64,000 nucleotides of DNA from Vermamoeba vermiformis (Eukaryota), in NCBI GenBank assembly GCA_045837725.1, contig JBEWZL010000269.1, forward strand, positions 1-64,000, read 5' to 3'. A program made the position numbers and the translations under genes. The notes under the pieces were generated by a model. That model saw only the letters and a list, made by a program, of their open reading frames with translations. It had not been told where the DNA came from and did no database searches. Shown here piece after piece: positions 39,507 through 52,828 of this stretch (within the stretch, counting starts at the first letter, position 1; the number at the start of each line of letters is the position of its first letter).

Positions 39507-42500
39507 ATGAGGAGACACGCAATACCAGCTGAATTTAGCAACGATCTGAAAGATGATTGGTCAAAGCTATTATCAGTAGATATTAATAGACCGGGAGAAC
39601 TACTGATTCACGAATTATTTCGCGTGGATTCCAAGAGCGGTTTGGTTCAACATCCGTTTCTAACAAACTCAAACAACGGTAAGCCCCGCATAATATTATA
39701 ATAAATTATACTAATATTTTTGCAGTTCAAATCGAGGTTAAATCAATTTGCCCAAGAGTCAAGGAGATTTTGGCAATAGATCAAAATTATGCCCACATTA
39801 CCACGCACAAAGGCAACGTTAGTCCATTATTAGCAGCTGTTCTAGTGCAAGATGAAGACTCTGTAGATATTTTGCTCGATAACAATGCAGATCCAGACAC
39901 GCCAGATGTGGAAGGTCGAACGCCCCTTTGGTGGGCAGCTAGATTAGGCAATACCGCCATCGTAGGGTCGCTCATGTCCTTTGGCGCGGCGATCGATCCG
40001 CCAGTAGGCCCCGGCGTGCTTCATTTGGCCGTGTTAAGTCAGAAACGCAGCACTGTCCTGGCGATTTTAAGACACCCGAACTTGGATGTGAACCAAGGCG
40101 ACAAAAAGATGCGCACAGCTTTGCATTGTAAGTAGCATCGTAATATGCATATTATCGTTAGTATTAGGCTCATGCAAACTTCTGCAAATAATTCTTTTTG
40201 CATCTTCTAGCGTTGGGCTAGAGGTTAAAAAATTAATCGATTTTTTTTCTGTGAAGTGGCGAAATTGAATATCTAAATATTGTGATTTATTACGACATTC
40301 AGATATTTCTATAATTACTATATATAGTAATAGTAAGCTCACGATAATAACTTTTATTTATTTCACGACAGACGCTGCGGCCATGCGAAACACTCGAATT
40401 CTGAAAATGATGTTTGACGTCGAGGACATCAATGTATTTGCACGTGACAGCTTGGGCATGACACCACTATTCTACGCAGCACTCTACGGCCGTGTCAAGA
40501 ATGTCAAACTTTTAATTAACGAAGGATTCTTTGTCTACGAGTCAATGGCCAGAAACAACGAAATTCCGATGAATCCTCCGCCTGAAGGACAACTGTCTTC
40601 GTTGATTATAAGCGACCCTGTTGATAACAACGGCATGACACCGCTGCTTTGGGCCTGTTGGAGCGGACAGCTAGAAGTTGCGGCTATTCTGTGCTACATG
40701 GAGAACGGTTATTCCGCTGCAGACACAAAAGCACGTGACTTGAAGGGCAGAACTGCATTGCACTTTGCCGTGTTAGGCCTGCACAAAGCACTGAAGCAAA
40801 AGTCAATTAAACGAGCCATACGCATCGTGGATATTATTCAAATTTTGGTCAAATCTGGTGCTGATGCACGTGCTTTGGATCACTTCGACAGAACACCGCT
40901 CCACGTGCTCGTACAAAACTTGCCTTTTATGGACAACGAACAGACCGAACTCGTCTTGAAGGCCATTGATTTGTTAGTCCAAGCCGACACTCCGCTCAGA
41001 AAACAAAATCGCTTTGGACTGACTGTCATGCAATTGGCTGCGCAGAGTGGTCACGTGACACTTTTGAAGCACTTGTTTTCCAAATTAGGAAATCCTGTGG
41101 ATACGAATACTTCGATGCTTATCGACGGACAAGGCCGATCGTTACTGCACCACGTGGTCTTTGGATTGAAGAGCCAGAAGGAAATTTCATCGGATGTCAA
41201 CATAGATTTTCCGCAGTGCGCCGTGTTCCTGCTACAAAACGGTGTTTCAGCATCAGCCATCGACAAAAAAGGAAAAACAGCGTTACAATTAGCAGTTCAA
41301 TATGGCTTGCCGGCACTGTCACGTGTTTTGATCGAACGAACGGAGAACTTGAATGGCGCAGAATTATTGCAATTGTTCCTCAAAGGACGAAGGCACACGA
41401 CGGAATCTTTGCAAGTTTTGATGGATAAACTTCCCTCAGTCAATCTCGGAGCACGAGATTACTTGCCAGTTTTGGAATCAGCTGCCAAATATCTTTTCGA
41501 TGAAAAATGCTGGCAATTAATTCAACAGAAAGTACAACTCAACGACGAATTTTTGCAAATACTGTCACGTGATGCGACGTTACTACACACGGCTGCCAAA
41601 TTTGGCAATAAGATAGTTTTCGATTGGCTATTAGAATCAAGTTTGGACAAAGCGAAGTTATTGCAACTATTCGAGAAAACAGATGCAAAGTCAAACACGG
41701 TCCTTCACTTGGTTTTCAAGCACGGAGCGAAATCTCACGAGAAATTCCGTCCAGTAGCGGAATTATTGTTGGCGAACTGTACGAAGGCCGTTTATGACGT
41801 GAAAAACGCACGCGGAAAAACAGCCCTGCATTACGCGGCCCAATGGAGGACGAGTTACGTGGACAAATTGTGTTCGAATGGCATTGATGTCAACACGCGC
41901 GACAACAATGGCGTGACAGCACTGCACGAGGCCGTTGCTGTCGGTAATGTCGGAACACTGACTTCGTTGATCATCAACAACGCGGACGTGACACTTGTCG
42001 ACTTCAAGTTGCGCACAGTATTTCATTGGCTGGCGTACTGGTCGCATAAGAACAACTACGACGGCACCACCGTGCTCGAGACCATTTTGGCACTTGATAT
42101 GAGCGGACTGGGCATCTTGGAATCAGTCGACATTAACGGTCAAACACCGTTCCATTACCTCGCACGATTTGGCACGCACGATTTGACGCTGTTCAACAAA
42201 CTTATGGGACAATCACGTGACATGTTGGACGGTACCGGCGATTCGGCGCTGCATTTGGCAAGTCAATTTGGCCACGTGAACATTGTGCAAGAATTGCTCA
42301 ACACGCAAATGAATGTAAATACATTGAACCACAGCGGCATGACCGCACTGATGGTTGCCGCACGATATGGCCAACGTCCCGTGATGCAGCTATTATTAGA
42401 ACACTTTGCAGATATTCATTTGCAGGACAATCAAGGCCGAACAGCGCTGCATTGGGCCGTTCACGGAAAAAATCTCGCGTGTATCACGCTAGTTTGGTCC

Positions 42501-43610
42501 GATGATTTAGGCTCAGTCGAAGATAACAACGAAATGATGCCTATTGATATCGCATGGGAGCAACAGAACGCGATGAGTTTCATGAAATTAGAGAACTTGA
42601 TCAACAAGACTGAACGAAATGACAGCGAAGATTACGAGGAAGAAGACGAAGAGGACACGGTCAATGTGATCTTCGATGAAGAGGACGAGTTGATGGCCAC
42701 AGACGATGACAGTGATAGTGAAGAAGATGACGGCGACAGTGACGAAGAGAACGGCGACAAACAATTCGACGAATTATTCAACACGGATTTCTTGGCAGAT
42801 CTCGAGAGCTCGTTGAAAACTCCGGAGTCAGGCGAGACTAAAGAACAGCCGGACGAGCCACGCCAAGAGGTCAGCGAGCCAGTGCCGCAGCCGCCAGTCA
42901 TCACCGCGATAAAACTAGACCAAAGTAGTCCCTTAATGATGGAAGTGCCCAACAGCAACTCGACGGGCTTGACACCGACAGTGCCGTCCCCGCGACTCTT
43001 GCGCATCAGTTCAGACAGCAGTGTCGTGGGCAGTCCTGATCAATCTCCTCTGAACTCGCCAAGCACGTCAGGCGAGCACGTGGTTAGTCCCCGAACTCAG
43101 CTTAAGAGGACGGATAGTGGCTCGCGATTCTCGAAGTTCGCGATGCCGTCGTACATGGGCACGTTCATGAAAAAGTTCACGCCGGAAGGAGGTGAAGCCA
43201 GCCCTGATGGATCACAAAGCCCGAGTCAGAGCGGCGAGCATAGTTTGCAAGGACTATCAGCGCCTAGTCTCGAGAATAGCACTGAGTCTATTCAATATGC
43301 TAGTGTGGCGCTAGTGAAGCAATTGATCGAAAAAGAATTCGCAGAAAAAATCAAACAAGTTCGGTCGGAATTCGAAGAAAAGATTCAAAATGCATTGACC
43401 GAACAGACTAATAAGATGGCTGATATTATGAAACAGCAACAAGAATTATTAAACCGACAGAAACAAGATTTTGAAGAGTTATCAAACAATTCTAACGTCA
43501 GCAAAGATTACTTGGACAAATTGACCAATCACATCGCGTTAAACAATCAAATTATCGATAATTTAAGTCAATCCAACAGCAAAACTAACTCTAATACAAC
43601 GAGCGACTAA
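39507..43610 (+). CDS. Large ankyrin-repeat protein with acidic/Ser-rich region and C-terminal coiled coil (5' end may lie further upstream)
   Basis: Many G.TPLH/G.TALH ankyrin motifs; 1075-codon final ORF. Confidence 0.9.
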
Positions 43611-43725
43611 TATTTGTAATCACGTGTACTGTATTATTATAATGTTTGTATAAACGCTTTCATAGCACTTATTTATTATTATTCATAGCGTCTATAATAT
43701 CTTTATCAATTCTTTCTTGTCTATT

Positions 43726-43998
43726 TCATAATACCGAACTCCAGTGAAGCAATTCTGGCGCTTTTAATTGGTAAGTTGCCTGCTGCTTAATTTTGCCGGT
43801 GATCGCGTCAATGGTAAATACGCTGGTGCCAGAGGTAGTATACGCGGTTTGAGTTGAATCTTCGTAGGCCCAATCACTGATATCGTCATAGATGGGCAGC
43901 GGAATGATTTTTGTTTGACAGGCGTTGGGACTCAATTTGTTGATAGAAGTACTTCTAACAAGGAAAAGAAAAAATTTGCTTTCGCACGTGCATGGCAA
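43726..43998 (-). CDS. Possible terminal exon or gene remnant, unknown product
   Basis: Protein-like ORF end after an AG acceptor; upstream exons not reconstructed. Confidence 0.3.
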   Translation of the reverse strand: MPCTCESKFFLFLVRSTSINKLSPNACQTKIIPLPIYDDISDWAYEDSTQTAYTTSGTSVFTIDAITGKIKQQATYQLKAPELLHWSSVL

Positions 43999-44759
43999 TT
44001 TCGAAACGATTTCCGAAGTTTTCTGTGTCTAGGTTCGATCGACTTTCGCACGAGCATTATTCAGTTGTCCAACTGGCACAATCACTACGGCAACAGGAAG
44101 AAGGTTGAAAGTAAGTTAATTAGATTAAGCAAGCTTTTGGATCTTTCTAGATTATTAACTCGAAATCAGCTTGATTAACCCACCTCAAAAATTAATTAAA
44201 AATTAGGAATAATTCGGCTATTGTATAACATATAATTTTAATAGCTATTTTACTATTTTAACGCGATCTGAGGCCTACTTACATTTTTTCGAAACTTTGG
44301 AATTTCAGGACCACATTGGAGCCACAATAGTGACAAAATTAATTTGGCTTGTATTTTCTCGGCTCTGATGTCTTGATTTGAAGTTTGCTAAAAACTGAAA
44401 CGGATTTGCAAATCAATATTTTGTTTTTGGCTACACAACTGGCTTATAGAAGCCAACACCCTTAGGGAAACGGATCTAATGTACACGATTGCCGTAATTG
44501 ACGATGTAATTCAAGAATTTTTCGAAGGTTTTACGCATTGTTACGCTTTCGTAACAAAAACTTGAAGATCGAGAGCTAGAGTGGTTTAGTATACCATATT
44601 ACAATCCTAATACTTTTTTAACAATAGTAAGCAACGATTATTTCCAAACTTGGTAAAAGCTGCCCGCTTTCTCAAGCGGGTGCGGAACAAGGTTTTTTTT
44701 GGATCCATCGTACCGGGAATTAGTTACCGTTACAAACTTGTACTAAGTAACACAAACAA

Positions 44760-46868
44760 ATGAAATTTCTTATTATTATCTCTCTTGTTCTGTTAGAGCT
44801 CGTAGTAGCGAGCGAGATGGTGCTGACTCCTGGTGGCTATCGTCCTCGTGAATGCGTAAGTCAGATCTTGCCGCCAAATTTAATCATAATTTTGTCGCTA
44901 ATATTTAATGATATGTAGGTCCATATTATCGAAGAAGAAGGCGCCGTTGTTCATCACCCCACTTACGACCAGATGTGGATTAAGTTCGCTAACGGCACCA
45001 TCAAAGATCTTCCTCCTTGCAAGGCAGCGATGAAACCTACAGCACGTCAATTGCGTGGAGGTTGGCTCGTAAGTATATAACTCTATAACTAATAATAATT
45101 TCGGGTATTAACAAAAAAAATTTTCTTAGGCGTATGCCGTGTACAATTCGCAGGAAACAATTACTAGCTTCACTGGCCGATGGTAATGCTAATATAGAAT
45201 TATATTAACACGGATTCAATTGTAGTATTATCATACTGATTGCTATTAATAGGACCGTTCCTCCCCCTCCTCAATCCGACGGTCAAAACATCTACTTGTT
45301 GCTCGGCTTGGAAAACTATTACTACGGTACGTTTGTTGTTGAACTGTTATATATACTTATAAGTATATATGTGTATAATATGAACGAATAGACGGAAGTG
45401 CAGTTCGAACTAACGCGTTATTTTTCGGTTCAGATGAGCAAGGTGCTTACGAAGGCGAGACTATCATTCAGCCTGTATTGCAGTGGGGCCGCGCTCTAAC
45501 TGGTGGTGGTGCGGTAAGTACATTTCCTGGAAATCGAGCGACACATCCGTACTTTTTCAGGCGCATCCGTAATTACGCAATCTTTTTTGATCATAGGATA
45601 GCGCTTTGTCATAGAATAAAAATATCTAAATTAATGCAATTGTTTCAGTACTGGGCTATTGCTAGCTGGTATGTCGGATCCAACGCCATTTACAGGTACG
45701 AAAAAATAATGTTATTAACAAAGCTGCACGAAATTTTTACAATCGTTACTTAACATATTATTTTATAGTCTCGCGCAAAAGGTTAACCCTAACGACGTGA
45801 TCGTGGGCAATATGTTCTTGCACAAGAACAACACGTGGTTCATTCAATGCCTCGACACAACTACCAGTGTTGCCAGCAGCCTTGCCGTAGTGACTGGTAG
45901 TTTGGAGCCTGTTGCCACCGTTACTTTTGTACGTCTAACTGATTTAATATTATTTGATCCGGAGTTGGTCAATCTGGATGAAGATCCAGAGCGAAATTTC
46001 TACGAAAAAAATGTGGCGAGAAGAAATTTTACGCACATTGTGAGTTTACGAAAATTGCCGGAGCTATCCCGTCCTTAGCTTAGATATTATAGATAGAGGG
46101 CATATCACGCCCACATAGCACTTTTATATGATAATTATCAGTTTTAGCCGGCAGATCGTGCTTTTTCTAAAATATTGAAAAAAATTCTCTACCGCCGTTC
46201 CTCGAGCGGCGATCGCTGAGCCCAATCGCACCCGAGAGTCACATATATATAAATATTTCAGGTTGCTAGGCTAAGCTCGAAGGATTGGGTAGCAGTGACA
46301 AAAACCTTGTCACATAAACGATCGCGTTTTGCGCCCGCCTGCTCTTGAATATGAGCAGCGATCGGGACGATTCCTTATAATATTGTTAGACCTATGTGTC
46401 GCCGATACAGGGCTACTCACAGGTGGTCAATCCCCGACCTAGTTACATAGTTTGACAAATATTAAGAAATAAGAAGCCTCGAGATGAGGCTTACCTCACC
46501 CGGGATTGATGCAGCGATCGGGAAATATATTAAAACAGTGAAAGAAAATATTGAAAGAGCCACTAATTACATCTATCGGGACTCGCTATGTCGAGTTCCA
46601 TAGCTATGTCACAGAAGTGCGACGGGAAAAACTAAAAACCAAAATGTGCGTAAAATTCCTTCTCGCGCGTATTAATTTATTATGAATGTAGGAAGCGTAC
46701 GGCATGAAAAATTGCAACGATTATCCGAACGGCAAGGTCAGATTCTCAAATTTGGAAATCGTTGATGGCTCCAAGTCTTTGTCCCCTAACTGGCAGCCAG
46801 TTACAGTCAATCAATGCGAAGAATCTGTTACTATCGTGGATAAGAAGACTATCGATATTAAGTTTTAA
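44760..46868 (+). CDS. Secreted glutamic-peptidase (G1/eqolisin-like fold) family protein
   Basis: Signal peptide; VLTPGGYRPRECVH prodomain; WTVPPPP, IIQPVLQWG, WAIASWYV, TF|EAYG..NCNDYP (Q and E are the presumed dyad). Confidence 0.7.
46016..46666 (+). ncRNA. Candidate intronic structured RNA (~650 nt) within the 763-nt intron 45929-46691
   Basis: 24-bp closing inverted repeat (1 mismatch) 46016-46039/46643-46666, many internal hairpins, possible pseudoknot. Confidence 0.55.
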
Positions 46869-48605
46869 GAGTAATAAAGGTCGTTTTGTCTCTTACAAAC
46901 CGGCGAGTACAAATTAAAAAAATTTTATTATTACTAAAACGTCTAATTCTAACCTCACTACTACTATTATTATTACTAATATTATGTCTACTTTAAGTTG
47001 AAGTTGTTCGATCTTTCTTGAGCTGGCAAGAAAATCGATTCTCGCGCAATAACCATGCATTCCGCCTATTACAAAGGCTTATCTAGCGCGATAAGAAGTT
47101 TTCGAGCGAAATCAATTTTGCAGTAAGGAAAATGAATTCGTTTGAAGATCTTGACCCAGATCTCGAGCGGAAACACGTCCGTGAATGCATCTTCGCGCAA
47201 TCTTATCATCTGAATAAATGCGTTGATGTGTCTAATGTCGTCGATGCTGCGCCAGTAATTTCTATAATTTCGAAGAAGGGGCTTTTGGACGATATCAATA
47301 AATTCTTGAACACCATGTAAATCAGCCGCAGTAATCGACTCATTGGCTTGAAGTATGCTCGCTAGTGCTTGTTGCATCATTTCTTTCTCATCATCATTTG
47401 CTCCATCCAGAGATTTAACTTTGATCGTTCGTATTGACTCGTTGATTTTGAGGGCTGATTCAATATGACGAAAACATCGCTTATTGACGGTCAAGCTGGT
47501 TAATGTCTGATTGGCTGCCAGAGCTTCGCTGAATTTTTTCAGGTTGTTTTCGGTTTCTTCTTCCGGCTCTTTACTCCATTCAGGGGCGTAAAGATGCAAA
47601 GATGACAATGTGAAATTCGCACGAAGAACATCTGCAAACATGCTGTAATAGCGTCCAGAGTACTTGTCGCGTTGGAAATCAAGGTCTAAATGTCGTAATG
47701 TCTTATTCGTCATCAATCCTTTTGTTATTTCGGACACAAAATATTCGCCAGCTGGTTGTACTTTATTTCTGAAAGTAAAACTCTCCAGCGTCGAATTGAC
47801 TTGCAATATGTTTCCTATTGACCAAAAACTTTGCATCGTTTTGCGAATATCACTGTCGTATGAGCCATCCTCCGAAAAAGTTATTGATAATTTGGTGATG
47901 CTCTTGCTGTTTCTGAGAATTTCACAAATGTCAACGTCTTGCAATGCAATATCCGTCATTATCAATGTCTTCAACTTGGTTTGCAAAATTGGCTTCAATT
48001 TATCAAAATTTATCAATGTTCCATCACCAGCAATATCGAGTTTTCGTACATTTTCGTTTTCTGCCAATTTTTCTAGGTCACTCTTGCCACCAACAAGCAA
48101 GCAAATGTCCGAAAAGTTTGGTACAGACAAAAGCTCAAGATAGATGTTGTCCTCGCTGCTGAATACCTTCATGAAAATTGATGTCAAATTTGGACCTGTC
48201 AAAGTGTCAACTAGCTCTGTCATCGGTGGTGAAGAATCTGTGCTCCCTAGAATGAGGGATACACTAGTGATCCTATTCGTCGCCAATATTTTTTCATACG
48301 AAGCTCGGTATAAGTCCCACCAAGAGGTTTCAATGGTAAGTCGGCTAATTGACTTGTTTTGAACGTACAGATCTGTAGCTTGGATGTACGTGTCGGGGAT
48401 TATATCTATATCCTCTAAAGTTGGGCTGTTTTTCAATGCATTGCGTAGTCCCCAACTTTTCAATGTTCTAATGCTTTGATAGTTAAGGACGATGAATTTT
48501 TTTCTGGTAGGAAAAAATAACGGTCACACACGTGGATTAAAAAACTTAGGTTAGTTTTGCATTAATTTTGTACACTAAATAAACAAAAGTTTTGACAAAA
48601 CATTT

Positions 48606-51101
48606 TCATTTATTTGGCAGAAGTTTTGCCGCCAAGGAGTACACGAGTTTCTTTACGTAATGCGTGGAGTACTTGTTCTGAAAGCACTCCACAACCAAAT
48701 GGAATACTAAATCCTTCTGTGTAGCTGTTCGCAGATTAGTAGACTTTAGATACTGCTCCAGTTGCTTTACGTCTTCTGGATTGATCTGTTTTGATTTGTA
48801 GCGTTGCTCGGTAAATTCTTCAACCTTCAATTCAAAATGAGATGATGTTGCACGGTCGGCCAAATCAACAATAACAACTGAATTTTTGTTCCGTGCAAAA
48901 TTCAGTTCTTGCATCTGTCGCAGGATCCGTTGCGACTTTGGCAACTTGGCAGTTCGAACACTGTCAAAATTAATTTTACAATATTTTAAAATGACCGTTT
49001 CACTTACCCAATATTATAAATTAACTGACAATGCTGAATAATTTGAAAATTTAACTCGTACGACAAATTGCCACTTAGCTCTGGGGCCATTGAGGATAAA
49101 AAATGATGCCACGCTTCTAGTGCAGACGTTCCTTGTGGTATGGAATCCTGGTGATGTATTAATTTTTCGTGTTGCTGGGAAACGCATCCAACTCACTTGA
49201 ATGAGAGTAATATCGTGCAAGCTTTGAAGTGTGTTCGCCTTGCACAAATTATCAATTGCCATTAATACTTGTTCATTAACAATGCCTTCGCGAATGTCTA
49301 TCTTGGTGTCACGCCTTTGACAATAATTATTTTGTGTCAAATAAATGAATACGCAACTTACTTTTGCTGATTGATAATTAGAAGAACTTCATTAGCATTA
49401 TATTTGGTGCGAATTGATGGCTCAGTGAATGTAGTTGCCCAATCTCGCAATGCTTTTTCTAGATCGGATGCTGAAGTGTACGTATGTGTCTTGATCTGCC
49501 CTAGCACTTTAGATAGTTCTTGAACGCTTTCCTTATAGTCTTTTGTAATTAGAGTCTACTGAATTGCTTTGACAAAGAATGTGTACCTGGATGTGAACGA
49601 GCCATCAGTTTGACTACGCGCATCTTTGCATGGTAGATATCTGTTAATAGTTTCGGTTCCCTGGCAGTGGGAAAACAGTTTTTGAACGCTTGTAGGACAG
49701 AGGATGAGTCTGTTATTGGATTAGAAGAAAATGCGACGGATTGACCAAACAGCTTACCAACAGCTATGTTATCAGTGCATACAAATTTGGTTATTGGCGA
49801 CTCCTGAAGCTTCCAAATGCTTGAATATACTTCTGCTGCTTTCTGGCGATCATCGGATGGCGTAATTTTGACTTGCAAGACCTCTCCATTTTCATTGCTG
49901 ACCGAAAATAAACTTGCTTTCATTTTCATCTGTCTATATTAGTATCTACGAATGAGATGTGTCAATTGCTCACCCTTTTTTTCTCAGTTTCGGAAAACGC
50001 AGACATGTTTTTGACAACTTTGTAAGTGTGATCTCCTCGTAAAACAACTCCGGTGGTCGAACACAATTGTTGTATTTGGGAGTCCCATTGTGGTTTCACT
50101 ACTTCCTTCCAGAAGGCGGTGTACATGTTTTTAATTGACCACGTGGAGATAGTTGATGCACAAGTCTCTGAACTCCAATTAAGCATAATCAGCTTCTTAA
50201 TTCTCGTAAAATTAAATCCAACTAGAGGCATTGAGTCAAATATGTAGCTGGCAAGCCTAGTGGTGAACAACAGGCGTGGACTGACAAACAAGCCAGTGGA
50301 AGGAGAATGGTTTGCGGACACCATTTTTACGACGTGCGGAGAAATATCGTTGAACCATTCCTCATGTGATGAACAGAAGTATTTTTGTACCACCAAATTG
50401 AAAACTCCGTTCTTGTCATATAGTGTTCGCCGTTTATGTCCCCTTTTGTGAACCTTGCACTGTTTACCGTTAGATCTAACAACAGGTTTGCGCGACATAC
50501 CTTGATATTACTCGCTGCCGTTGAGCATTGATGTATTTTAGCAGCTGGTACCCAACAGAACCTGACATCATCAACACCGGGTTCGTCATCTAAGTAATTG
50601 TCAATCACACACTTGCAGTTATTAGTACAAACCAGAGTTGTCATCGTCATAGTCAACTAACTGGTCATCGTGCTCGCTTTCAGAATCTGTGTCTGTGCTG
50701 GAGTTCGTATCACTCTCATCCTCGGACAAAATGTCATGCAACACAATTTGAATGTCGTTCAGATCAAAGACATCTACGTAATGATTAGCACTACTTCATT
50801 ATAAAGTTCGCATACCAATTGAATCGGACACATCCGTCGTGGTTGCAGGTTGTGGTTCACGCTTGATTTTGTTCGTTTGTTTGTTCGCCCAACCATGAGG
50901 CCGTTTGGACACTAAATGCGTTAGTATTACAACGCGCTCTAAACACTTACACTTTAAGTGCTGCTCCCTAACGTGACGCTTCATGTTTGAATGCACGCCA
51001 CAGCTGTAATTGCAGTGCTTGCAGTAGTAGCGGCACACGCCTCCAATATCTCGCACAGTATATCCTGCAGCTATTTTTGCTGTCTCGTCATTGATTTCCA
51101 T
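48606..51101 (-). CDS. DDE transposase, ~11 exons, N-terminal C2H2 zinc finger
   Basis: In-frame after splicing: CKHC..HVREQH; LRGDHTYKVVK (D1); SVSNENGEV; FVCTDN (D2); TDIYH (DxxH); QGTSALEAWHH (E). Confidence 0.85.
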
Positions 51102-51207
51102 GTGCGTGTGTTGAATAAAATAAATCGAACAAATTTCGGTTGTGCGTTTCCGTTTCCTGACACAAACACAAATCCACAACAAAAATATCATTGGTTGTTA
51201 TTTGATT

Positions 51208-52828
51208 ATGGCGGATAAAAATAAGAAACGCAAGGTGATTGAAGAAGACGTTGAGAAAGTCAAGACAAGTAAGCTGATCGGATTTTTCAGGTAATATCAC
51301 AATTAATTAATTTTATTTATTAGAGAAGCGTCGCAAAGCCGGTAAGTAAATATATAACCTTGTTTCTGTATTTACGTGAATTTAGGAGCAACAGCGAATA
51401 AGAAGAAAAAAACTGATGGTAAGATCCGTTTATTTTGTACGCAATATAATAGTCCTATTCATAGACGCAATAAATGAGGGAATTAACACGCAGAATAAAG
51501 GTAAAATTCAACTTCACAAGTTTTGGCTGAACTTTTGCAAAAAGATTTGCCGAATCTCTTTCGTTTTCCTAAACTTTTGCTAATCTTTCGCTTAACTTTG
51601 GAGATGACAAGGAAAGCAAGCAAAACGATCAAGCGAGTGATGCAATAGTCAATAACAATGAGGTAAAGGCAGAAGCGAAAAGTGATCCAGCAATTTCTTT
51701 GGTCTCGATCTCGGCTGGGGATTATATTGCTGTTATCGGGGAGGAAAAAAGTACGTATTAATAAACAATTAATTATCATAATTAATTAAATACTGCAGAG
51801 CCTTGGTACGCAATTGTGCGCGAAGTCGTGGGCAATAATGAGCAGATTCGGGTATCATTTCTGGAGGTAATTATTAATTAATTAAATAACGCACGTAAAG
51901 CTAATAAATTTCTATTAGCCAATTGCCAATCGCCGAATTTTATTCTCCGAAAGTGAAGCAATAGATGAGATACCCTATAATTCGCTCATCTGTAAAATCT
52001 CTGTAACAGCGCAAGGAGGACAGGTTGTTATTCAAGACGCCGAGCAAAAAAAGGCTACTCATACGTGGAATCGCATTGGTATGTATTAAAACTAAATTCA
52101 AATTTGTGATTAATTAATTAGATATGTACATCCGCAATCCGGCTCTCGAAAAACGAGAGAGAATTGGCTCGTGGCTATTTCCCGTTCAATACTTGAGAGA
52201 AAAGCTGACTGACACTGGTACGTGCATTATTAAATTCATTGTAAATTTACTAATCAATCGTAGATATGCAGAAAGTCGTATTCAAAGCAATGGGCAAAGA
52301 CCTCATGTTCAACTGCTTTATGATCAATTTGTCGAAGTACGGATTTTTCAACAAGCAGCACTGGCAAAGTAAGAGCAAGCAAGGAACCGGATCTACTCAA
52401 TTCCCGTTCTTACTGTTAATCCGCCTGTTTGCAATATCACTCGAAAATGCGACTTGGACCAAAGGCACTGAACCAATCAAATGGCAAGCAACGTTCACCA
52501 TTCCCAACGTTGGATCTCGTCAAGTAGCGATCTGTGGTACGTGTAACATAATTGTTAAATAACTCCTGACGTGCGATAGGTTCAATAAGTGGCGACACGT
52601 GGGTGAGTTCATTGAACACACTGTGCGAACTTGGATTTTTGGCCCCGATCTCATATTACTCAGGCGATGTAGAGTACGCAGAGATTATTGTTTATTAACG
52701 ATCATAAAAATAACTAATATTACAGGCTCACAATTACTCTACCACCGTTCCAGCCTCTGACGAACACTCCACAAGTTGTGGATCTAACGACCGCTATGTT
52801 GGAGGAATTCGACGTTACTACGAACTAA
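51208..52828 (+). CDS. Transposon accessory protein (~360 aa, ~11 exons) with basic NLS-like N-terminus and BAH-like domain
   Basis: Continuous reading frame through GT..AG introns from ATG 51208 to TAA 52828; AGDYIAV..PWYAIV..IRVSFLE..ILFSESEAIDEIPYNSLICKISV. Confidence 0.7.

Noticed and set aside
46016-46666. MITE interpretation of the intronic inverted repeat
   Set aside because: No target-site duplication flanks the repeat and the interior is independently structured; not fully excluded without a copy-number search.
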